From positions 18,476,001 through 18,540,000 of the forward strand of contig CAIIXF020000001.1 of assembly GCA_903813345.2 (NCBI GenBank): 64,000 bases of DNA, written 5' to 3'. This document shows, in pieces, positions 13,200 to 24,700 of the stretch (its first letter is position 1; each line of letters starts with the position of its first letter). Under the pieces are notes generated by a model that saw nothing but the letters and a program-made list of their open reading frames with translations, was not told where the DNA came from and ran no database searches. The DNA is from Owenia fusiformis. Its lineage: Eukaryota. A program made the position numbers and the translations under genes.

Positions 13200-16100
13200 C
13201 TAAGATTTATTTTCCTTGTCCTCTTGGAGAAATAGGAATGCTGAGGAAAAGTCCTTGAGAGCGTATCCTTTAGTACACATGATCCTGTAGATCTGGTGGG
13301 CAAGGGAACCCAGAGGGGTGGCACTCTTATTCACAGTAGCAGCATCCTGGGCAAGACCCAAGTCCTGGAAAACATATTCAAAATGTAATGTCTCCATCTC
13401 TCGGTATGTTAGTTTATATGCAGTTTATATAGAGTATTTGCATGAACAATCACTTGTGCAGTCTAGATTGTAAAAATGCAAGTATGAATAATCTTGGCAC
13501 CAGTTCTGATTGTGTCCAGATTAGACATAAATTGTACAGAAACCATGTATCATTAATACTACTATTTGTATTGAACACATCCATCAAAATCGTGCTTTGC
13601 TATAGCAGCTATGTAAAGAAGTGAAATTCCTTTGAACCAAGGATGTATTGAACAGCACACTGCATATATAAAGACCAGTATAATGTTCACTGAACACTTC
13701 GGTACCTTTGTCATCAGGGCTGTCCCAAAGCCTCCCTGATAGTTATTGCTTGATGGTACCCCCTCCTTTACCCCAGGGCAAGGGTTGTACAGCTCACTGG
13801 ACCAGCACCGCCCTGAGCTCATATTGATAATCTCAGCAAGCTTTTTGGGTTCTATACCAAGCCTAGAAATAGAATATAAGACACTCAACAAATGTTACAA
13901 CAATGAGCACCAGCTCAAAAATCATTACACTTTCATGCTTTGGATCTTTTAAAACCTGACCTTGACTTCAGAACAAAGTCTCACAAATATGAATTGAGTC
14001 TGTGCCCATCCCATTCCCCCTTCCCTGTCCTATATCATCTCATCTTGCATTGTAGGAAAAAGGTTGGGCATTTCATAGAAACTAACTTCCTACAAAACTG
14101 CTAATCTAAGCTCTCCTAACAATAACGACAATTATAAAATCCACCAAAGTCAGCTTAATAGTTGAGTTGTCGAATCAAATAGCATCAAAAAATAAAGACA
14201 TTTCAACAAAGAGGGAAGGAATACTAGACTACCTACTTGATACCAAGATTAAAGGCTTCTGCGGTTCCAATCATAGATATTCCCAGCAGCATGTTGTTAC
14301 ATATCTTAGCAGCCTGAAACATGATATAATATTTAATCAACAGTTTTAGGTTATATCATTTTTTAATTATTCTGACTTATGACATTGTATTATGCAGAGT
14401 ATAGATCTTACAGTATTAAAGAAGCATATGGGGTGTATTTTCAATAATCACATACAGGTATGTACATATATGACCTACTTGACCTATTGCTTGCCAATTT
14501 ACTTAAACTTCACAGACACAAATTATTTAGTTAATGTGTTTCATCATATCTTACCTCCCCTGTCCCTACACCTCCACAGTAGACAACATTCTTGCCCATA
14601 TTGTTCAATATCTTACCTCCCCTGTCCCTACACCTCCACAGTAGACAACATTCTTGCCCATATTGTTCAATATCTTACCTCCCCTGTCCCTACACCTCCA
14701 CAGTAGACAACATTCTTGCTCATATTGTTCAATATCTTACCTCCCCTGTCCCTACACCTCCACAGTAAACAACATTCTTGCCCATATTGTTCAATATCTT
14801 ACCTCCCCTGTCCCTACACCTCCACAGTAGACAACATTCTTGCTCATATTGTTCAATATCTTACCTCCCCTGTCCCTACACCTCCACAGTAGACAACATT
14901 CTTGCCCATATTGTTCAATATCTTACCTCCCCTGTCCCTACACCTCCACAGTAAACAACATTCTTGCCCATATTGTTCAATATCTTACCTCCCCTGTCCC
15001 TACACCTCCACAGTACACAACATTCTTGCCCATATTGTTCAATATCTTACCTCCCCTGTCCCTACACCTCCACAGTAAACAACATTCTTGCCCATATTGT
15101 TCAATATATCCTTAGCTGCATCAAACTCTGCTTCTGGCCCACCAACCATGAAGGTAAGGATTGCATCCCTGGCTGCATTCACACCTGGCAATAAATCACA
15201 CAAAATTGGATAATGTATAGTGGTTAAACATGTCAGTCAGGACATAAATATTGCATATATACATGTAAGTGTCCATGAAGCATGACAAACTCACTTTATA
15301 GTAATGAAATTTTGTATGGAACCTCTCTAGAAACCACATACCTTTACTTAAGTGTACCACTTTCAAATATATGACATATATAAGGAGTACATAAGATAAT
15401 AAGAACTAGCTTAGTCTTGCAACAAGTGTTTTCCCCTTCCCCTATTTAATGGTCAGACTTGAGTTGGAAAGAAAATGGGGAGGCATTGCAGGGCCTTGAT
15501 GCATGTATGAAGTAGTACATGTATGTGAGAAAAGCATGAAATGAACATAATAACAGCATCAATATTTAGCATAGATATTATGATAAAGGGTAATTAGTTG
15601 CTCATCATCACACATAAGATCTGTGTCAGATTGAGGAAACGAATGCAGGTAGTCTGGTAGTGGGAGAGGGTCAAACACTTGATACAAAGACTACAGGGTA
15701 ATTTACCTCAATATGTTGATGGTATTCAAACAGCAGGTTGTTATACTTTACACATGCTCACCTCCTGATACAGGGGCATCCATGTAGACTGCCCCTTTCT
15801 TTGCTGCTAGTGCTGCCACCTGCTGGGAAACGGCTGGGTCTATAGTGCTACTATCCAGCAGTAAAGTACCAGCCTTCACTGAGCTGAAATGAAATGCAAT
15901 GACAACATTTTTTTTAAAAGATTTGTTCTTACTTTATATGGCTGTGACAAGGTCATGTTATTTTTGGTTAGGTAAAATGACATCACAAAGTATATTCATA
16001 TAGAATCAACAGTGATGTGTGACATTACATTTATTTGTTTGTTTATAGTTGCTGCGGTTAATATGTGACTGACGTCATAGTTTATATAGTTATCTTTGAA

Positions 16101-18870
16101 TCACAATCACATCATTTGAAGACTTGGCAGTTGCCTTGATGATTTGCCATATAAGCTAGTAAAGGTGGGACTTAGGTCATGTGAATGGTCAAAGCCAATT
16201 CCATAGTATGTAGGGTACCACCCATTTCATGGGGGGCCTTCGTAAAAATCCAAGTACAAATGATGAGGGTGCACCCTTACCTTAGTATTCCATTTGGTCC
16301 ATTGTAAACGTCCAATACATGTGGGCTGGATGGTAACATGGTAACTATCTGATCTACTTGCGTAGCTATTGCAGCTGGACTGTCCCCAACCTTGCCTCCT
16401 GGAGAAGAAATGAAGACAAAGTAATCAGTGAGGGTTGTCTTCTCAGTTTTGCACGAAATTTTGTACATGTGTAATGTAGAGTTGAAATCCATTTCATAAA
16501 TGCTAGATCACCCAGTCATCTTTGGAAAGGATACATATGTTTTGGAAGTGCAAAGTGGTTTCCCTAAAAAAAAATTTTTTAAATGTTTATTTTGTAGTCT
16601 TCCCACCCACCCCAAATCAAATGTAAGTGATTTTGTGTAAAAGTCATAAAACTATGTCTTAGGTTTATCACATATAAGACCTCTGAATAACCTTGCTCAC
16701 CAACAATAGAAGTGTGGTACCATCAGGATAAAACCCACACAAAATTATCTACATTTGAGCTCATGCCTGGATACAAAAAATTTTAAAATTTCTACACAGT
16801 ATTGCATTATGATGAACATCCCAAGGCAGAACATTTGCTCTTTTGAAATGTAGATGTTATTTTTTGAATAAAAAAAGTTCTTTATTTCTGATTCTATCTA
16901 TAAATCAAAGGGGAATGTACAGGTAACTCTAACTTGTCTGATGTGACTGCTGCTGGGACTGTCCATGTACAGTGCCTTTGAGACCTACCTGCATTTTCCA
17001 ATGAGCGCAAGGATTCAGCATTTACATCATATGCTATAACAGGGTAGCCATTCTTGATGAGATTATTTGCCATGTGGTTGCCCATGTTGCCCAGACCAAC
17101 AAAACCAATGGGCTGTTTCTAAAAAAGACATTGGAAATCACATGTTTGGAGAGTATCCTCTCATTATTGAATAAGATGATTTTTAAGCACTAACTCAGCA
17201 TATAAATATGACTGTAATATATTCAATGTGAAAAATGTGATGGATGTTTGCGATATACACTATATTTTAGGTTATATTACTAGAACCATAGAATAAATGC
17301 CATACAGAATCATTATATAAAGTCTAATTATATCTTTAGTATTCCATCAAGTTCTCGTTATATTCTTCAGTATCACCTTGAGCTTATATTGAGATACTAA
17401 AAATTCAAAACTTACATATAGTGACTGTGACGCTGAAAGAATAAATAAGACTCAGTGTGGATATCATGTGCATGCAGAACCAATGGTAATTTTTGTAAAA
17501 TAATGTAACACCTGTAAATAGTTATGTATTTCATTCTACCAGTGATCAGGGTCATAATAGACTATATCCTATATAGTCAGTGGGATACATACTAAGGGTC
17601 ATATGCGTAAAAGAAACAATATGTGTCTTCAACAATAGCATGGAATTACTCTCTGAAATGAGGTAGGCTGATTTATTCTAATTTATCTGATTTGGGCTTG
17701 ATGGATCAAACTGCAACTGCATGACTGTGCCTGCAACTCAATATCAAAAGATAACAACAACAACAAGCATGACTGCAATTCAAAAAATATCCTTGCAGTT
17801 GTCATCCTAAGACACTTAGGAATAAATAGATTTCGAATGATTAAGGTGCTATGGAACTTAACAGGAAATGACAAAACAGGAAGTGACAATTTTTTTTGCA
17901 TTTTTAGATATTTTTTGAATAAAGATAACAGAGTTCTGGTTTGACCTCCAGTCAATTTAACTATTTCCACATATTATTTACATGACCAGGATCACAATGT
18001 GCATGGTCAGAATGACCCTAAACATGATGAAATCACCTTTTTAGCCCTTTGAAAGTGTGACTGAAAAAAAGCTAAAAGTAGGAGCGTAGAGATAGTCACT
18101 GAACAGAATCTTTTGAATTTTTCAGAAAATGTGCCCAATATAATGCTCTAACTAGTACAATCTTTGAAATTTTAGAAAATTATCTTAAACAAAAATGGCG
18201 GTCATAAAAAGGAAAATAGATCGCTTTTTAAATCAGTTTTTTCATTTTTTTTCTTTTTCTATGAATGATATCAAATTTTCAAAGATTGTATCATTTAGAG
18301 CAATATATTGGGCACATTTTCTGAAAAATTCAAAAGATTCTGTTCAGTGATCTTCCCTACGCTCCTACTTTTAGCTTTTTTCAGTCACACTTTCAAAGTG
18401 CTAAAAAGGTTATTTCATCATGTTTAGGGTCATTCTGACCATGCACATTGTGATCCTGGTCATGTAAATGATATGTGGAAATAGTTTAATTGACTGGAGG
18501 TCAAACCAGAACTCTGTTATCTTTATTCAAAATATATCTAAAAATGCAAAAAAAATTGTCACTTCCTGTTTTGTCATTTCCTGTTAACTTCCATAGCACC
18601 TTAAATGCACTACAAAAGTACATACGTGCAAAAAATAATGCACATTCAAATAAATCAAGACAAAAACTTTATATTTTTTTGCAAAAATCATGATTTTGTT
18701 CTCCAAGGTAAAATCTGAATAATTTGACCTATTTGTATACTGATATTCTGACACAGACTTAATATGATATCAAAGTTTGAATCATACTCACTCGATAATG
18801 CATTGGATATTGATTTGAGCTGTATATTTGGCTTCAAAAGAAGAAATCTAATTTTTTGTAAACCGGCCAT
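13200..18870 (-). CDS. HIBADH: 3-hydroxyisobutyrate dehydrogenase, mitochondrial (9 coding exons, ~332 aa)
   Basis: Exons (minus): 18870-18792, 17432-17416, 17118-16989, 16398-16281, 15883-15762, 15184-15051, 14313-14237, 13862-13706, 13364-13200. All are GT-AG and phase-consistent (999 nt). Motifs: [10 protein letters not shown] (Rossmann fold), [44 protein letters not shown]; basic N-terminal presequence. Confidence 0.96.
14546..15108 (-). repeat. 9 x 62-bp tandem repeat made of the 3' end of HIBADH exon 6 plus its GTAAG donor
   Basis: Minus-strand unit ATATTGAACAATATGGGCAAGAATGTTGT(C/T)TACTGTGGAGGTGTAGGGACAGGGGAG|GTAAG; donor G at 15050, 14988, 14926, 14864, 14802, 14740, 14678, 14616 and 14554. 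Confidence 0.95.
17845..18600. mobile_element. 756-bp foldback MITE with ~330-bp inverted arms and TTAA target site (Kolobok-like RR...YY termini) in HIBADH intron 1
   Basis: TTAA|GGTGCTATGGAACTTAACAGGAAATGAC...GTCATTTCCTGTTAACTTCCATAGCACC|TTAA; the arms are near-identical, which explains the mirror-image ORFs at 17683-17970(-) and 18490-18693(+). Confidence 0.9.
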
Positions 18871-20123
18871 TTCCCTAGCTTTGTTGGACTAGTTAGTTTC
18901 GTATTTTCTTTTTTGATATAAAATTTCAGAAAGATGTCAGCACCATAGATCTGTAATCAATAAGTGAAAAGTGAATCTGAATCAATCACTTTCAGCAGAC
19001 GGATTTTGAAACCAAGATTTCTTACCTGCTAATCACAATCAGTATTGTTTATCATACTTTTCATACGATAAGGGCCTATTGACATTTCCATATAAGTCAA
19101 GTCAATGATGCAAAGTAATTAAAAGTTGATGATAAAGTGCTATTGATACAAAACCTGCAAGAGCTTAATGGTAGCCTTGCCAAAGTCAGTATTTTTTTAC
19201 TTATCTGATCTTGAGGTCATAATAGAAATCAAGTAAAAGAGACCGACTTGGGCAAAGCTCCTTAAATATGGAGCTTATTCAGGTCCATTCCAAGCTTGAC
19301 AAGCTGAAATGGGTTTGTGTTTTCTTGCAAAACATGTTATCTCAGAAAAAACAGACGGGGGGGGGGGGTCAGGTGAGATGTAAAACAATTCTTTTGACTC
19401 TTTTCATATTATACATGGTCATATATTTTAGATAGTGGGTGTCAATTAAAATAAATACAACGATCTGTTTTCAAAACAAAATATAATACATTTTATTTAA
19501 TCAGAAATATTAATTCTTCCATAAATTATTGTACATGCAATATGATACATAGCATTTAATGAACACACTGCCTAACTTAGTATATATACACAGATACAAA
19601 ATGATCTGTACATTGCTTCAAATATACAATACATGCATTTTTTGTTGCCATGGGATACAGAAACCATACACCCAATTATCCACACAAAATAATTGATTTC
19701 CAAGGGTGATAATTACTTGCATCCTAAGATAATAGTTGACAAGCTGAATAACATAGATAGGATTTTATCACATACATGTGAATATGATATTATGACTGTC
19801 CGCTTTATTGAGATCAAAGGTGATATTCTTTGCCTTATAACTATAGCTCGACAGTGGTATATTAATTGGTATATTAATTACCCATATTAATGGGTCCTAT
19901 GCAGCTAAGCTCCCATATGGCCAATTAAATTGGTAACACTTTTTTAAGGAAATTCAGCACATGGACCTATTTCTTAAACTTACCAATGGTTTTTACACAG
20001 TAGTAAACATACTGCATAGCGAGTCAGAACCAATTTGGCAAAATAAAACAAAATTTTGTAGGTACACATTTACATTAAAATAAATAACCTGTCTTGTATA
20101 AACAAATTACACAAAAATATGTA

Positions 20124-20686
20124 CACCCTATGCTTAGTGAGCGGAGCTAATTTCAAGGGTGATGGTAAAGACGAGGCAGGGCGCCCAAAAACCAAAGAAT
20201 ATTAGTACCATAATCTTTTAAGTCGTATTATTGCAGCATAAGGTGATGATATTGTGATATTTTATGCTGTTTTAGAAGTGAAAGATGTTAAACTATGAAT
20301 ACCGTTTGTTTTACATCCAATAAAACGAATAGTTAAGATGAAACAGTCGTTTAAAGATACAATTTGAATTTACCGCAAGAAATTACAACCTAATATTGTC
20401 AATATGTCAATAATTCCTGATCGATGTCACATATAAAGATATATGTACCTGGATATGTTTTATTTTTTCATATATGCGAAATAAGGCGGTCTCTAGTTAT
20501 GTACATCCAATACAAAATGAATGTTTACTAGAATGTCTATTCGGCGAGCAGAATTTCGATGACGAGCAATGGCGATGTAATTTGCGAAGAAAGCATCAGT
20601 GCACCTAGTTACAGGCCAGGTTTGGGCGCCATGCCTCGTCTTTACCATCACCCTTGAAATTAGGTCCGCTCACTAAGCATAGGGTG
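20124..20686. mobile_element. 563-bp MITE with ~65-bp TIRs, CAC...GTG termini and 5-bp TSD (Transib/RAG-like signature)
   Basis: ATGTA|CACCCTATGCTTAGTGAGCGGAGCTAATTTCAAGGGTGATGGTAAAGACGAGGCA...TGCCTCGTCTTTACCATCACCCTTGAAATTAGGTCCGCTCACTAAGCATAGGGTG|ATGTA. The element itself is clear; the superfamily is inferred. Confidence 0.8.
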
Positions 20687-21482
20687 ATGTACGTATGATA
20701 CAATTCAATATTAATTTCAGCTTGTAGTTTACGGTTTTATGTTGCACTATTTCATTTGGTGAATTGGCTAGGCCTAACTTGGCAGATATCAAGCAATATA
20801 ATGACAGATGTGGTTGGGTTGAGCCCATCAAAAAGGTACATAAGATGATTTTTATTAAATAATTAACTTAATAATAATATTCAAATTAGCCAAATAAAAT
20901 GTGTGCCTTTACTAGGGTTACAGTATGGAATATAAATTATCTACACTTAATCCAAAGACACACATACATTGCAGGCAATGTCTGCCATTACATAAAAAAA
21001 CATGAAGAGGTCATACTTTTGATGAGCAAATATAAATGTATACATGACATGGTTTTGGTGTCCACCAGGGATTTGCAACACTGGTTTGGGCTGGCCTGTA
21101 GATATGTTTTACTATACAGTAAATCTCCCAAATATAATATCAAGTTACCATATTGCACAACAAAATCGGTTTTATTTTTTGATACTGAAATAGTCCATTT
21201 TCAATCACAATTTGACTCAGATATAACAAGACATTTAATTGTGGTAAACGAAAATATTCCTCATTTTTAACAAAATGTGTAACGAGCAAAATATAATCTG
21301 ATGGTGATTGAAAATAGAATGTTTCAGTACTTTTCTGATTGACAGATCAGCTTGAAACACTTGCTTTAACTGAATGTACAAGTGCTTGTCCACACAGAGC
21401 ACCAAATCTAAATACAATATTTTCAATTGTAGTATGAATACAATATTTTAATTGTAGTCATTTATGGAACATGTTGGGTTTA

Positions 21483-21617
21483 CAGGGGTTTCATTAACAG
21501 CAGGCAACAGGCGATTTTCACCGGTTGTTTCCATTGTTGTTTTAGAGACTTTTCCATGTTAAATTCATGATTTTCATTTATTTTGACTGTTGTGAGAAAT
21601 TCTATTGAAACCCCTGG
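21483..21617. mobile_element. Short CAGGGGTTTCA...TGAAACCCCTG MITE (related copy at ~37585-37762)
   Basis: 11-bp TIR; the internal TTTCCATGTTAAATT...GATTT...TGTTGTGAGAAA..CTA.TGAAACCCCTG sequence is shared with the copy in GTF2F1 intron 1. Confidence 0.7.
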
Positions 21618-21758
21618 TTTACAAGTGTGATGTTCAATTGATTTCTGAGTTGATACAAAGTTCATGTTCTAGTATATTGTCTGGTTTCAGAGTCTAAATT
21701 TATTTATGTTCACGGGCTATCTGGGTCTAAATGTTTTATATTTCACACCAAACATGGT

Positions 21759-24700
21759 TTATAGTTCACTGGATTCTGACTCATCACTAGAGAAGCTACG
21801 CTTATCTTTAATTGCTTGAGAAACTTTAGAGTTTGTATCGCAAGATGAACTTTTAACTTCTTGCTGATCGGTTGATTCTTGGGTGTCTTTGCTTGTAGAA
21901 TCAGGTGTGACACGCCCACTTTCCTGACCTTCGACTTTATCTGGAAATATAAGGTAACTTTTTTAAAATACAAAAAAATGAAAGAAATTAACAGTCTTAT
22001 ATCAATATCAAGCATTACACAGAAAATAGGAGGTGATGCACCAGAAAATTAGCACAATATTGTTCCAGATAAAATTTGTCAGCAGGTCAACTTCTGTGGT
22101 CATGTGTTCTTCATATTCCACAGCCTGTGTCTGCTCTAGTTACTGTACCTCCATACCCAAACAGCTAATAGACATTGCTTCATCTATGCAGCCCCGTTAA
22201 ACTTGGAGGACACACAAGGAAGAATCCCCGCGTGAAGACGAGAAAATCAGTGATGCATTGCCTTTATGTTCAGTATATTTCTAGTTAAGAGATATAATTT
22301 TGAAGGCATGCACCAGAATAAATAAGAAGCCAGAAGAGCAAAATGTTGGAACGAAAATTCAATAAATAGTCCTAGCAAACAGATCATATTTTCATTTGAT
22401 AGCCATGACCTTGCTCATTAAACCTTTGAAGACATTGAGGTTACATTATCCCTTATAAAATTTGTTGCACAAAATATGACACATTCCATTTTTGACATGG
22501 TCTCTTCAATACACGTCTATTACCTTGCTCCTTCAGATCTGTACTTCCTGGTTGGTCCCTGGGGATGGAGTTACCTCGGTTGGGGGCGGAGACCTGGCTT
22601 GGGGCAGGGCTTGAAATCTGAGGAGCTTGTGGACGCTGTTTCTTTGCAGCATTGTATACATAGCAGTAACAGCATCGGAAACCTAGAAATATCAATTTAT
22701 TACAAGGAGTTCACAAGACATTAACAAGCAAAATGTCACTACCTGCCATTTGTTACAGACACTGAATGCTAGACACCAACTGCCAGACACCAACTGCCAT
22801 ACACCATCACAAAAAGTTGGAGACCACCACTTTTGGTGGTGACATCATAACTTAAGTGCAGTATTCAAAAGTTTGATATATTGATCTACAAAAAATTAAT
22901 GTTTCTGTGAAAAAAGCTTACAAAGGGAAGTATTTACATTTATGCCATTCAAAAATGTTACATATGTTTTTCAACGGGAAAAACACGAACAACAAAATAT
23001 ATCAGACCAAATCAGAATTTTTCACATCAAATACTCTCTGCATTTTGCACAATAATATCAAGATTCTCATATATCTACTTTCGTTTTTAGTGTTTCTTAC
23101 TTAGATATTCAAACTCTTCTTTGAGTGCCATTCCATTATGTGAATGACATTGTTTGCATATAAGGGCATATCGGTTCTGTGGGCCATCGCCTAGAAGGTA
23201 CTCTATGAGTTTATCTGCAGTTGAACATTCCCGTGGCAAGATGGGACGTGGCATGGGGGGACCAGGTGGCCGACCTGAAACAGCATTCAAAAAATTTGGA
23301 AAATCAGTTTACAAGAAGCTATCATTGAAATATGATTGTTTATACACAAAAATCAATAGAAATAACATCAAATCAATTAAGTCCAGACCAATCAGGTCAG
23401 CAATATTGACTATCAGTTTTCTACCTTAACCAATATGATATTTCCCTTGTATCTATAGGCTCTATATGTATTTTAAATTCTAAATGGAATTTTGCTATTT
23501 TTTCAAGTTGTGGCCCCTTTTGATCATATGATTTCAATTGCATGTCAACTTATAACTACCAGTTCATATTATTGAAATTTATAATTAAATATTTTCAATT
23601 TTTCATTCAGAAATATTAGGTTTTGTTCAAGTGAATTTATGTGTATGTTCAATCTACTTTATATCAATGAAATGAATGTTTGAAAGAATGTGGTTAAACA
23701 TGTCTCAGGGAACACCTTCTAAAACATCTTTCTCAAATAAATGCTTTTTCTAAATATCATACTCGTAAATAATTTTAATTTTTCTACAGCTCTAAAAGCA
23801 ACTTCCTAATACTGAACACATTTTCCACTATTTTGCATGCAGATTAGTTATCTAAACTAATGCATACTGTCTCTAATGATTACCAATTTTCTATATACTG
23901 ATATCAAGACTAGTATCATAGCTTTCCAATGGTACCAAATTTTCCAGAGGGTGTCTCGACTTTTAAACTCCTTACATACAGGACTTCCCACTCTGCACTC
24001 AGGTACTAAAGGTGTTCACTCTATACATATTTCACCATTATGAGAAATCAATTGTATCGGTTTATTCTAAGACACTTTAAATCAGAGAGATGTGATAAGT
24101 GTCAGAATGACATTTCACCGTAATACACCATTTGTTCCGAGCCAATGTGAGAAGCTTGTAAAGCACTACATGAGATAGCAAATTAATGAATATCAACATG
24201 CAACCTTCCAATGTGAGTGCATAGCAGACCAATAAATAAAATAATTGTGCAGGAAAGGTGCAATTTTGTCTAAAATTGAGCTGTATCTATGAGTAACACA
24301 ACTGCAGATTTTGCAAACCCTCTCCAGAAAGGTTTTCCACAAACTGATTGCAATCTTATGGTAATTTTAATTCAGAGAAAATAACATGCTCTATTGGGGA
24401 TCTTTGGTCTCCCTATCAAATCTATACAATTGTTAAATTAATTTGAACATGTTATTTAGGGATCTGGCTTTATTGTGCCTTATGAACACTGACAGGCTTT
24501 TACATGTATCTTCACTTTGGAAGAGGGCTTGAAGTTTAATTCAGGTCAAATAATTGTGTGAATAGTTAACAAATAGTAAATTATACAGTTTGATCTTGGT
24601 ACAACAGCACATCATTTTATTTATGGCCAACAATTTAAATTGAATAAAAAAACAAAAACAACCTTTCAACAGAAATAAATGAGCAGATTTAACGAATTAA

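Noticed and set aside
14546-15108. 62-bp and ~40-bp (59285-60690) regular repeats as CRISPR arrays
   Set aside because: There are no unique spacers, the units are head-to-tail copies of host exon and splice-site sequence, no cas genes are present, and the context is eukaryotic.
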